This document shows, one piece after another, positions 12,601 through 24,239 of a DNA stretch of 64,000 nucleotides. Origin of the DNA: Vicugna vicugna (Eukaryota); NCBI GenBank assembly GCA_013265495.1, contig MU057651.1:682001-746000 (forward strand), written 5' to 3'. The position numbers and the translations under genes were made by a program. The notes beneath the pieces are model-generated. The model was not told the origin of the DNA. It saw only the letters and a list, made by a program, of their open reading frames with translations, and did not search any database. The first letter of the stretch is position 1; each line of letters starts with the position of its first letter.

Positions 12601-15274
12601 AATATTTCATGGATACATCTGAATGGACCAACCAGTCAGTTCTCAAGCACACTGTGGAGTTGTTGAATGTTGTATCTCAAGATATGAAAGTTAATGGGTA
12701 ACATGAGACTAATCAGGATGGGTACATCTGCAAGCAAAAAGCTAAAAATGATTCTGAAGTTGCCTTTATCCATGTCATGGGTAAAAGAGTTGACTGTCCA
12801 TAAATGAAATAGATGAGACCCATGCCTGATGGCAAGGCCATGTTCACTGCCATCTAGCTAGTGCCTAGCACTCTGCCAGGTATATACAGGGGTATTTATG
12901 AACCAGATGAAAGACATGCTGTGTGAAAAAAAGAGTTGGCACATGTAGTGAGGAAAGCATAGGGCAGTGGTGGGTACTGCCTGGGTGGAGAAGTCCTCCC
13001 ATGCTCACTGTCAAGAGCATGGCATTGCATCTTCCAGAATGAAAAACTCAGAGATGAAGTTTTATGTGTAACAGCTGATGAGAGGCCAAGAATTGGGCTA
13101 TGATAAAAATAGAGGAAGGAGGAAGGACACAAACAAGAATATAATTCATCTGTTTAAATGCTTATTGCATACTGAGAGCAGCGAAGGAAGGAAGGAAGGC
13201 ACCACTTAAAGAAGACGTTAAAAGAGAACAGAAAGGGTTCATGCTAATAAATTGGGGAAAAGAGAAAGAGACCAAAAACTAGCCCTGTAACAAGCGAGAG
13301 GGGCTATGGAATGAATAATGATTGAAGCCTACAAGAGTGAAGTCTTTTTAAAAGTCAGCCTGCAGAGAAATGAATACACTAATTTAAGCAAGCAGCAAGT
13401 CACGAGGCCTCACAAAAATAGCCATCAACCAGGATCAGGTAAGGGATGACTTAGGAAATGTAAACCCACTTGCATGGAGCCAGCAGCTATAATATACCAA
13501 ATCGTAGGAAGGAAAGGACTGGTTATAGTTTCTGAGTTGTATTCTGATTGATGGGAAAGGAACGTCAAAAGCCAAGACAAGGAAAATAGGAAAACCTCCT
13601 TCATTTGCACTCCATCACTTTAGTTCTGTGATGATCCCAGAGCTGGGGTGGAATCAAGTTATCCTTTGCATTTCCTACCAAAGAACTGTTGGCTAAGTAA
13701 ATTACCAGTGTTCATCTCAGACAGGATTTAACCTGTTTGGGAGAAGATCATTTCTTTTAATTATTTCTGTGGCATTAATTTGTATATCCATGTCCTAATT
13801 ATCAACATGTCTCGTTCATTCAACGAACAGTCTTTTTTTATTAACGCCTTTTATGTGTCAGGAAGCATGTGAGGCATTGAGGAAACAAAGAGAGAACTGT
13901 ATCTGTATTCCTACTCTCAAGAAGCTCATACTCAGGGATCAGAGATGGAAGAGGGGGATTAGAGGAAATAGTATTCACTTAAAAATCATTATTGAATGTC
14001 TACCATATATCATGAGAAATGTTATATATTTGACATATGCAACCTGCATTTCCTCATGTACCTGGGGTACAAGTGAATTTACCATAATAGTAATAACTCA
14101 AGTAAAACTGGTTTCCCCTTGGCACAGTGGGGAACAACAGAAAATCTTTTCTTTGCCCCTTTTTCACCCCAACCAATTACTATTGCCTTTCTCTTCTTCC
14201 AAAGTAACATCCCATTGGCCAAAAGGAGCAGCTAAATCTCAAGATAAACCTGCCAGAATCAGCCCCTGCTCCTCCGTCCTCATCCCACCCTGAAAATCTT
14301 CATAACGAAAAACTTTCCAAGAGCCACTTGGTCTCTAAGTGAAGCGTAGCTATCTAATACCTAGAAGACATTTTGAACTTTTATAAACTATTAGGTCTCA
14401 AATTTCCCCAAATCATATCTGACCTTGATTACAAGTGAGATCACATACACTTTAATGACTCCCGTGTCATTTACTTGTGTCCCCCACCTGCTCAGTCCCC
14501 CTCACGGTCTCCCCAGTTATTTCTGAAAATCCCCAAGAACGGTTCTTTTCTGTTATTCTTCTACTCCCGCTCTCCTCACAAATGTCAATTGTCAAAAAAA
14601 TTAACTAAACAAATGTTTCTTAGGTTCCTACTATGTGCCAGGCACTGGCGCAGTTGCTGGGAATCCAGCAAGGACCATAGCAGGCCAGAGTCCCTTCTCT
14701 CACGGACCTTACATTTCCAATGAGAGACAATCAGAAGCGCCCCTCCACCCTGCCCCAGCTGCTGGGGTGGGGGAGGCCTCTGGCTATGGGAACACGGAGG
14801 CCCCTGCTGGGGTGGGGCATGAATTCCTGGATGCTCACAGTTGCAAATCCACAAAGGCCCATAAATGATGTTGCCCTCCGTTAAGGAAGCTTTGGCTGAA
14901 GCCACCAGTGGGTCTCCCCAGAAAGGTAGAAATGCACCCCCTTTCTTTTCTTTGTCACCTGGACACTGAAACAACATTGCTTCTACCCTGTATCTTAGGG
15001 AGGCCCCATCTGCAGGCACCCCACTGCCCTAGCTCAGACTGTCCAACTCTGTTCCCGGGTTTCTGACAGTCTTCCTCATGCAACCGCTTCCTTTCCACAG
15101 ATCATCTCAAGCCACTTGCTTTCTGCGATCATCTCAAGCAAATCAATATCTGGCAGTCTTCACACACCCAGATGTGTCTGAATCTCAGTTGAGGGTCAGC
15201 ATCAGGACCCCTGCAACACGTGATGTATTTCACGTAATCCTTAGAATCATCTCATGAAGTCAGGCACAGTTCTT

Positions 15275-15555
15275 CAGTCCATTATCAATGATTCCAAATT
15301 TCAGAGAGCTCTGAAAGCCAGTTTTTTTTAAAAATAAATTTCCTGACCAAACTTATATGGTGACAAAACCTGTGAGGCTTTCTCTGTAAATATTCATGTT
15401 TCATTGCAGAAATATTCAGAAATATTGATGTGATAGATTACTGGGTTCTGTTCCAAATCCTACTAAGGATGTTGCACACCATGCAGTAGTTTTAAAATAA
15501 AAAGAATTAAGAAATGTATCTGGTCCTAAGGCTTTTGGATAAAGGGTTGGGAAGC
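15275..15555. mobile_element. MER46-like TcMar-Tigger MITE inserted in a MIR
   Basis: ttcattgcagaaatatt and tctggtcctaaggcttttggataaagggttg; MIR halves flank it (~15220-15270 and ~15560-15680). Confidence 0.6.
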
Positions 15556-16507
15556 TATTTCTATAACCAGTTTTATAGATAAGGAAACTGACATTCAGAG
15601 ACTTGGCTAAGGTCACAGAGCTAGCAAATGGTAGAGCCTGGAGTAGAATCAAGGTCTTTCTGACTCCTAACCTTGTGCAATTTCCAATATATCAGTTTGG
15701 CTGGGTGTTTTTATGTGAGAGATATGATATATGGTTGGATGCTGCAATCAAAGAAAGGTTGAGACCAAGTAATCAGAGCACATCTCTAAATGCCACCTTG
15801 CAAAATTTGTGTATCTGTTAGTTAGCCACTTCGGTAATGTTTGTCACAACACTACCCTCAAATGAAGTTACTTTCTGAGAGTACATTTTAGTACTGCTTT
15901 TAGAAAACTGACAAAATTTTAATGAGAAAATTCTGAAAGGGGATCCATTTCTAATGGATTCCATGGTGTTTATCACTCTACTTTCTTGTGGGGACATGTG
16001 GACTTGCAGTAGAAAGTTTAAACTGTACTATTTGCTCAAGATAAACCACCTATGTGACCAAAAAAGCCATGCTCCAGAGATGTGACAGCTTCATGGTATA
16101 TTCCAGGCACTCTAATAACCATAATCATAAGAGGTGCTACTTTTGAGAAATTACTAGGGACAAGAAACTCTGCTACATAGTTTATATCATTTTATTTAAT
16201 AATCTTACAACAACCATGACATGTAGTTAGACATGGTGATGATGATGGTAACAATAACAATGTGTTAAATCTTTACAACGTGGTAGGCATTGTGTGGGCT
16301 AAATTCTTTCCATGAATTGACTCAATCCTCACAACAAACCTGTGAGACATGTACTATTATTATCCTGTTAGATAAGGAAATTAAGGCACAGAAAGCTTAT
16401 AGTAATGTGTCCAATGCCATATAGCTGGTTAAGTAGTCACGATTTCATAGTGGAGCAAGGCTTAAAATCCAGTTTTATCAGTTTTCAAAGATCAATATGG
16501 CTTCAGT

Positions 16508-16615
16508 GGGGGTGGGTGGGGTGGGTGGGGGTGGGTATAGCTCAGTTGTAGGGCGCATGCTTAGCATGCATGAGGTCCCAGGTTCAATCCCCAGCACCTC
16601 CATTAAAAAAAAAAA
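16508..16615 (+). mobile_element. tRNA-Ala(AGC)-derived SINE (camelid vic-1-like) with expanded G-rich head and poly(A) tail
   Basis: gggtatagctcagttgtagggcgcatgcttagcatgcatgaggtcccaggttcaatccccagcacctcca followed by ttaaaaaaaaaaa; A/B boxes and anticodon arm recognisable, acceptor and T stems mismatched. Confidence 0.85.
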
Positions 16616-17785
16616 CCAGATCTCAGTTTGGCCTCAGTGAACTGGTTTCCTCGATGGTGTATGTGATAATTCTCCCAAACACTTTTAACATCCAGTTACA
16701 TAATATAAGCGTGCAATAGGCTGTCCCATTAGGTTGGGTTACTAACATGGATTCTAGAGATATGCACTCATTAACTATGAGAACCACCCGATGACTACAT
16801 GCACCCTATGAAGTATCATCGGAAAGAATATTTTAATACAGACATCAAAGGGTTGGGAAAATGGCAAGCTGCACGTGAAAGAACCACATGCTGCCCCAGA
16901 GGCTCAGAGGAATTATCAGTGTATTAAAGGATACAATGATTCTCTACAGGCAAACAGGAGTGAGTCAGATCTGCCCTCAATTATGGGAGTTAGGAGTGAA
17001 AATTCTCCCCACTAGGTGCCCAGCATGTAGTAACATAGGCTCTTTGGAGAGCAATATCAGATCAAAGTAGTGTCCAAGACAGACTATCACAAAGCAGACA
17101 AAGTGCAAACAGGGGCAGGTCCAAACATGATGTCTTCTGATGATCCTAGGACTACAGAATGGCATTTTCTTTGGACCTCAGCTGCCTCATCTGTAAAATG
17201 GGGATCACAATAGCATCCTTAGCTGAAGGAAGGGAGTTACATCAGATAGCCTCAAGGTCCTAGCCAGCTCTAAGATCTATGATTAATTTGAAAAAGCCAT
17301 CTAAGACATAATGACTACAAGTACACAAAGGCTTTAACATTAGATTAAAACATTCTTGTGCTCAAAAAAGAAAAAAAGCCTTCTCTCCTCATTTCTGCCT
17401 CCAGTTCAAGCTGAATTGCAAAGATTTCCCTGAGGTGAAAGAATTGCAAAGATTTTTTTCTGCAGCAAATGTAGCTCAGTCTCAGAAAGGCAAGATGTCT
17501 CCATTTGAGGTATGCCCCAACCTGGACACATGACCAGTCATTTTGAAGTCACAGAGTACTTGCTGGTTACCTCACTGGAAGCACACACACTTCAAGACTA
17601 ACCTGCTTTATTCATACAGATGATCAAATTCATCAGTGTAAATAAAGATAGGAGCTTCACAATAGCTCTGAGTTGGTGCAACTCCCCAGAATCCCAGCCA
17701 GTCTGCTCTTTTGTTTCAGGGTAACCTTGTGCCCATATAATGCAAAATCATTGTGTATTGGCTTGAATTGGTACAAAATTGACCA

Positions 17786-19220
17786 TAAAAAAAGAAAGAG
17801 CTGGAGGAATAACTCTCCCAGACTTCAGACAATACTATAGAGCTACAGTCATCAAGACAGCATGGTATTGGTACCAAAACAGACATATGGACCAATGGAA
17901 CAGAACAGAACAGAGAGCCCAGAAATAAACCCACACACTTACAGTCAATTAAGTTTGGACAAAGTAGGCAAGAATATACAATGAGGACGATATCTCTTCA
18001 CCAAGAAATGGGGTGGGGGGTGAGGAGCAGTAGACATGATGGCTCCAGACCTGCCCTTGGGTGCCTTGCCTNNNNNNNNNNNNNNNNNNNNNNNNNNNNN
18101 NNNNNNNNNNNNNNNNNNNNNNNNNNNNNNNNNNNNNNNNNNNNNNNNNNNNNNNNNNNNNNNNNNNNNNNNNNNNNNNNNNNNNNNNNNNNNNNNNNNN
18201 NNNNNNNNNNNNNNNNNNNNNNNNNNNNNNNNNNNNNNNNNNNNNNNNNNNNNNNNNNNNNNNNNNNNNNNNNNNNNNNNNNNNNNNNNNNNNNNNNNNN
18301 NNNNNNNNNNNNNNNNNNNNNNNNNNNNNNNNNNNNNNNNNNNNNNNNNNNNNNNNNNNNNNNNNNNNNNNNNNNNNNNNNNNNNNNNNNNNNNNNNNNN
18401 NNNNNNNNNNNNNNNNNNNNNNNNNNNNNNNNNNNNNNNNNNNNNNNNNNNNNNNNNNNNNNNNNNNNNNNNNNNNNNNNNNNNNNNNNNNNNNNNNNNN
18501 NNNNNNNNNNNNNNNNNNNNNNNNNNNNNNNNNNNNNNNNNNNNNNNNNNNNNNNNNNNNNNNNNNNNNNNNNNNNNNNNNNNNNNNNNNNNNNNNNNNN
18601 NNNNNNNNNNNNNNNNNNNNNNNNNNNNNNNNNNNNNNNNNNNNNNNNNNNNNNNNNNNNNNNNNNNNNNNNNNNNNNNNNNNNNNNNNNNNNNNNNNNN
18701 NNNNNNNNNNNNNNNNNNNNNNNNNNNNNNNNNNNNNNNNNNNNNNNNNNNNNNNNNNNNNNNNNNNNNNNNNNNNNNNNNNNNNNNNNNNNNNNNNNNN
18801 NNNNNNNNNNNNNNNNNNNNNNGACAACATAATGCCATTTGCAGCAACATGGATGCTCCTAGAGAATGTCATTCTAAGTGAAGTAAGCCAGAAAGACAAA
18901 GAAAAATACCATATGAGATCGCTCATATGTGGAATCTAAAGACTCATGGACAGAGAATACAGACTTGTGGTTACCAGGGGGGTAGAGGGTGGGAAGGGAT
19001 AGACTGGGACTTCAAAATTGTAGAATAGATAAACAAGATTACACTGTATAGCACAGGGAAATATACACAAAATGTTATGATAAATCACAGAGAAAAAAAT
19101 GTGACAATGAGTGTGTATATGTCCATCAATGACTGAAAAATTGTGCTGAACACTGGAATTTGACACAACATTGTAAAATGATTATAAATCAATAAAAAAT
19201 GTTAAAAAAAAGAAAGAGCT
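17786..19220 (+). mobile_element. Relatively young 5'-truncated L1 with target-site duplication, spanning an assembly gap
   Basis: ORF2 3' sequence (ctcccagacttcagacaatactatagagctacag...gagagcccagaaataaaccc), 3'UTR and aataaa/poly(A); direct repeat aaaaaaagaaagagct at 17787-17802 and 19205-19220. Confidence 0.9.
18072..18822. other. Assembly gap (751 N)
   Basis: Run of n characters. Confidence 1.
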
Positions 19221-20469
19221 AATAGATAATCTAGTGCACTGCAGATCTGGCAAAGAGGTTAGTAGAATGCGATGTCAGGTCCTGCTTTATCCTGCACTGT
19301 CATTAATGATACAGAAGACAGGGAGTTTGAAAACGCAGTCAGATTTAGTCTACAGAAGAGCCCAATTAAGGGTCTTCTGGATGCAAGGACATTAAAAACA
19401 ATGGATGTGGGTGTGAAAGTGAAACATTGTGCTGGAGGGTGCAGTTGGGAAGAAATGGCCCAATTCATCTGGAAAACAAATTAAAATCCACCATTCTCAG
19501 AATGTACACATCAGGCAGCAGTGGGAGGAGGAAGAGACCATGAAATCTGTCTGAAGGAGGCCCCTGTCCTGAGATATGAAATACAGGCTGCGTCACAAGG
19601 CAGTGAGACTGTGTTCTTATAGATAAGGTCCAAAGGGAGATGAAATCCTCATCCAGATTGTTTAGCAGGAAGAAGATGTAGTTTGTTTTGGTTTTGTTTT
19701 ATTTTGCTAAGAATATCTGGTCGTTATCCATTCATCCTGTTTATTCCTTCAGCATGAATTTACTGATGCATTCATTTTGCTTGCCTTTGTACGAAGTACT
19801 TGAGGAACTACTGTGGAGCTAGGGAAGATGCAGCCCCTGCTCTTAAGAAGCTGAAAATATAAGTGGGGAGACAACTATGCAATAGTTACAAATATAAGTA
19901 AGGAAATAATGTAGATTACAAGGTAATATACAAATCACCCCCTTTGCTATGGATACTGTGGGTTTGAAGAGCAAGAAGACAGTGGTACTGAGTAGAATAA
20001 ACATTAACCAGAAGCCCTAGCCTATATGGACAGATAGATTGCTTTTTACTCCAGGACACGACTTTGCAGATTCTACTTCCTCAACCCAACATGATCTATG
20101 GGATGTGCCTATGACCAACTAACCAGGACTCTTCAGGGTAGCTGCCAACCACAACAATTAGATGAGTCAACATGATGGGTGTGTACTGCCTGGCAAAAAG
20201 GGCTCATAAGGTAAACAAACACCTTCTCTCCAACCAGGAAGAGGGAGCTCTTTAGGAAAGGAGCTGTCCTCCCTCAGTAGATCAATTAACTTTATGAAAT
20301 TGACATTCAGTCTCATTTCTCATATCCTCAAATTCTTACTCCTAAGTGGTGCCGAATATTCAAAAGCCAGTATCACAAAGCCTCCAGATTGAGAAACAGA
20401 CCGGGACACATACTGGGATGGGCAATTACTGTTTGTATTGATTGAGAATACAGGCTCAAACTCCAGCCA

Positions 20470-22380
20470 TGCAGGACTCAAAAACAATTAGAAATCAGCA
20501 ATAAAAAGATAACCAACTACCCTACTCCTATCACACAGACCCAACACGATGTACATCTATCAACTATAAACACAAATGCACTTCTAAACAACTCTTAAAT
20601 AAAAGAGGAATTTAAAATAATATTACAAATGCTTTAAAACTGGAAGATGACAAGAACAATACATATCAAGTCCATTGGATACAATCAAGCAAATATTCAG
20701 AGAAAAGCATATGGCCTTAAATTCACCTACTAGAAAATAAAAACAAATGGAAAATAAGTTAATTAAGCTATGAATTCCAAAAGTTATAAAAAGCATAGTG
20801 AAATAAATTCATGGAAAGTAGAAGTCAGGGATTGATAAAGATAAAATCAGAAAATGGTGAAATAGAAAATAAATAAAATAGATTTGATTCATAAAACCAA
20901 AACTTTTTAAAAAGTCAAACCTTCAGTAAGTACTAACAAGAAAAAAATGAGAAGGTACAAATAAGTACTATGATGAAGACAAATAGGGTCATAAAAAGAG
21001 GTAACTAAGGTAATATTAAAAATAAGAAAGTACCACAAAGTTCTATTTAAAAGCTTTTTATTGATGTAGCATTGATTTATAAGATTAGGTAAGTTTCATA
21101 TGTACAACATTATATTTCGATTTTGTATAGCCTACAGTGTGCCCATCACCAAAAATTTAGTTTCCATCTGTCACCATATAGTTGATCCCTATTACCCATT
21201 TCGCCCTCTGCTAACAGCTACTCTGTTCTTTGTATGTGTCTGTTCTACACTAATATATTTCAATGAGAAAATTTCTAGGAAAAGACAAATTACTAAAATT
21301 TACCCAAGAAGTAGAAAAAATTATAGACAGACAAAAAAAACCATAGAACAAGTTGGAAAACAATTTTATCCTTCCAAAATCTTTAAATTCCAGACAACTC
21401 CCATTTTATATAAATGGCTCCATGATATAGAAAAAGATGGGCTGCTCCCACAAATAAGACAGACAGGACAAAGCAAATGGAATCAAGCAGCTTATTAAAA
21501 TGATACATCATGCCTAAGTAGTGTTTCTCCCAGGAATCTAAGGATGGTTTAACATTAGCAAATTTATAAATGTAACCCACTAAACGACAGATTAAGGAGA
21601 CAAACCATACAATAATCTCAACAGATGCAGAAAAAAATTGACAAAATTTAGTACCCATCCATGATAAAAAACAAAAACAAAAACAAAAAGCCCATAGCAA
21701 ACAAAGAATAGAACTTCCTCAATAAACCTTTAGAAAACTCCCAGGAGGTAATTTTGGCTACGAGCACAAACTTTGTAGTCAGACTGCTTAGAAACCTTAG
21801 AAACCAAATGGATCTTAGTTCCATCATATATAAACCTTGAGATCTTGGGCATATTATTTAATCTCTCTGAGCTTCACTTCCTTCATCCATAAAAAAGAGG
21901 AAAATAATAGCACCTTCTCCTCATAGTATTGGGATATGAGATTTAAATGATATAAAATGTATGAAGACTCTTACAAGAGTGTCAGACAATATTAAGTACT
22001 CGATAAATGTTAGTTGTTATTAGTACTACATATTGACAAAACATTAAGATGAGAAACAAGACAAGGATGGCCACTATTATCATTTACTATTCAACATTCC
22101 AATGTCCTAACCAATGTAATAAAGAAAGAAAAATAAATAAGAGAATGAAGATTAGAAAGCAAAAGACAAAATCATTATTATTTACAAATAATATGGTTAT
22201 ATAGAAATCTGAGATAGTCAACTGATTAAATATTAGAGACAATATGAAAGTCCAGCAGGGTGGTTAGATAAAATGTCAGCCTACAAAAATCAACAGCTTT
22301 CCTATATATCAGCAATAACTTATTAGGATATCTGATAAAAAAATATCACTTATCATAGCAACAGAAAGTATAAAATACTG
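20470..22380 (+). mobile_element. Old L1M ORF2 remnant, with an antisense L1 3' end (~21055-21230) and a MIR (~21750-22030) inserted
   Basis: A-rich ORF2 text (aattagaaatcagcaataaaaag, ctcaacagatgcagaaaaaa, caaggatggccactattat, aaaatcaacagctttcctatata). Confidence 0.8.
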
Positions 22381-22599
22381 GTTGTAAGACCCTGAAGAAG
22401 TTATTTAACCTCTCTTAGCCTCAGTCTTCTCATGTCAAATAGACAATACTATGGCCACCTCATTGGGTTCTTATGAGGATTGAATGAGACAAAACATGCA
22501 GAGTACGTAGCAGTGTTCTCCTTCACACAGACTGTGTACTCATCAAATGGTAGCATTTCTACTACTATTGTTACTATTGCTGTTGTTGTTTTTAAATTG

Positions 22600-24230
22600 T
22601 CTAATTTTCTTCTTCACAAAGTCCTGGTGAAAGAGGTATGACTCACAGTGCCATTCTCTTTCTGCAATCAATAAATTGTTCACAGAGTAGGAAAATTGTT
22701 TAGCCAAAGTAGGAGCATATCAGAACCCAAATCAGGCACACCGTCTGGTTTCCCTTTTAAACAACCAAGGCACTCTGATGTACAGAGCAGTAAACAGACC
22801 AGCATGGTTCAGGGTGTGTGGGAGGGGTCTGCGGTTTAGAGAAATCCTAGCATTGTGCTCTTCCCCTTGCCAAGAAAATCCCTGAAAGACCAGGAAAACC
22901 CTGGAGTTATTTAGTAGTTAAATCAAGTGAGTCTCAAAGTCCAGCTACTCTTGAGAAGTGTTGAGGGGTCTAGAGCTTCATTTCATGTGTAAGGAGTCAC
23001 TGCTTTTGCAATGAATGACCAGTTTCATGTGCCCACTCTTTCCTACAAGAAGAGATGGCTTCTGCAGCAGTGGGGTGCTACTGAAAGCCTTTCTGGGGAA
23101 TCTTGGTTCTCTTCAGTTAGGTTCAAATAATTTAGTGTCTGCTTGCAAGTCACTAGAGAGAAATAGATAAGGAATAAAACGGTGTCTCTTCCCTTTCACT
23201 CTGAGGCTTTTCACAGATTCCATTCAGTAATTCATTCTGATCATTTTTGTGAACCCTGAACATTGCTAGATTTTTTGCTAAACATTTTTACATATCATCT
23301 CTTTTAATTATCACAATGACTTTTGAGGTAGATGCTATTTTTATCCTCACTTGGCAGATAGGAAACTGAGGCACAGAGAAATTAAGTGATTTGCCCTAGC
23401 TCACATAGTAAATGAGGAAAGGAGCTAATATTAGAATCCAGATCTGTGGACACCTAGCTCCTTCTACTTGACCATGATTTGACTGAAGAATATCTCATTG
23501 CATTATGTTTTCCAGGTATTGCCCAAAAGTGTGAGGGAGAGAGGTTCTTCTGAGGAAAGCACATGTTAGGCACTTGGCTTCAGCCACCAGTTTTTCCAAG
23601 CTAGTGTAAGAAACAAGATTTTTTCCTTCAGGTAACAGGAGTTGAAGCTGTCATATGGCACTATGGAACAGTATGTCATGGAAAGGGCAAAGCCAGTCAG
23701 CCCTAAGCAGTGACTGCCACAATGACAGGATGATAGTCTACAAGGGAGTGGTCTTTCTCTCCTGAGGCAGTGAAAGAAACCAAAGTAATTTCCTGATGGG
23801 AGGGCTCTACAGTTTGATGGAGGTGTAACAAACCACAGTTCTCTCTCTTCTGTTCCCAAATGGCTTGATAACTTAAGGCAAGCAAGCAACAGGGTCTTCA
23901 GCAGAAATCTGATCTGCTGGGACTGGACCCCTCTAGGCCAGCCTCTTGTGCCACTCTTATCCCAAGTAAGATCCTGTTATCTGATGATACTGAGCTTGTA
24001 CGGTATGTACAGAGTCCTCCCTCTGTGATTTTTTCACTTCTAGGAGGTTCCGCAGATGTCTGGCTTCAATTTGCAGGGCACATCTGCCCAAAGTTCAATT
24101 CAACCCAAGCCAATATTCTGTAAACCATGAGTCTATGCTGCTCATGCATTCTTTTCTAATGAAGATGGTACTTGGTCTCAAGCATGGAGCTACACTCAGT
24201 ACACCATACAGCCATGATTTAACAAATCTT
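22600..24230 (-). mobile_element. RTE-X/L4-like LINE 3' remnant, split by a MIR (~23260-23480)
   Basis: ORF 23566-23889 contains NCRALPSGNYFGFFHCLRRERPLPC..CHCGS, resembling the RTE-X C-terminal 'ARFNALPS..GR....P..ERLCPCGS' motif. Confidence 0.45.
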
Positions 24231-24239
24231 TCACATTAG

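Larger units (their letters stand above)
16840..20420 (+). mobile_element. Fragmented ancient RTE-clade LINE ORF remnant, interrupted by MIR, young L1 and L2
   Basis: Manual translation gives NGKLHVKE..GIISVLKDT (~16860-16935; RTE EN start 'QGKLEVVKQE..GISELKWT'), EAPVLRYEIQAA..GPKGDEIL (~19555-19650), VLPGKKG (~20185) and TFSLISHILKFLL (20303-20341; RT 'TISLISHASKILL'), in collinear order. Confidence 0.5.

Noticed and set aside
13853..15019. 146-aa (+) and 144-aa (-) ORFs
   Set aside because: They overlap L2-like sequence, and have no domain, splice support or coding-like composition.
16531..16602. Functional tRNA-Ala(AGC) gene
   Set aside because: Acceptor and T stems have mismatches, it is followed by poly(A) rather than an oligo-T terminator, and a second diverged copy with TSD exists; treated as a SINE.
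17945..18939. Long 280-325 aa ORFs
   Set aside because: Artefacts of translating through the 751-N gap.
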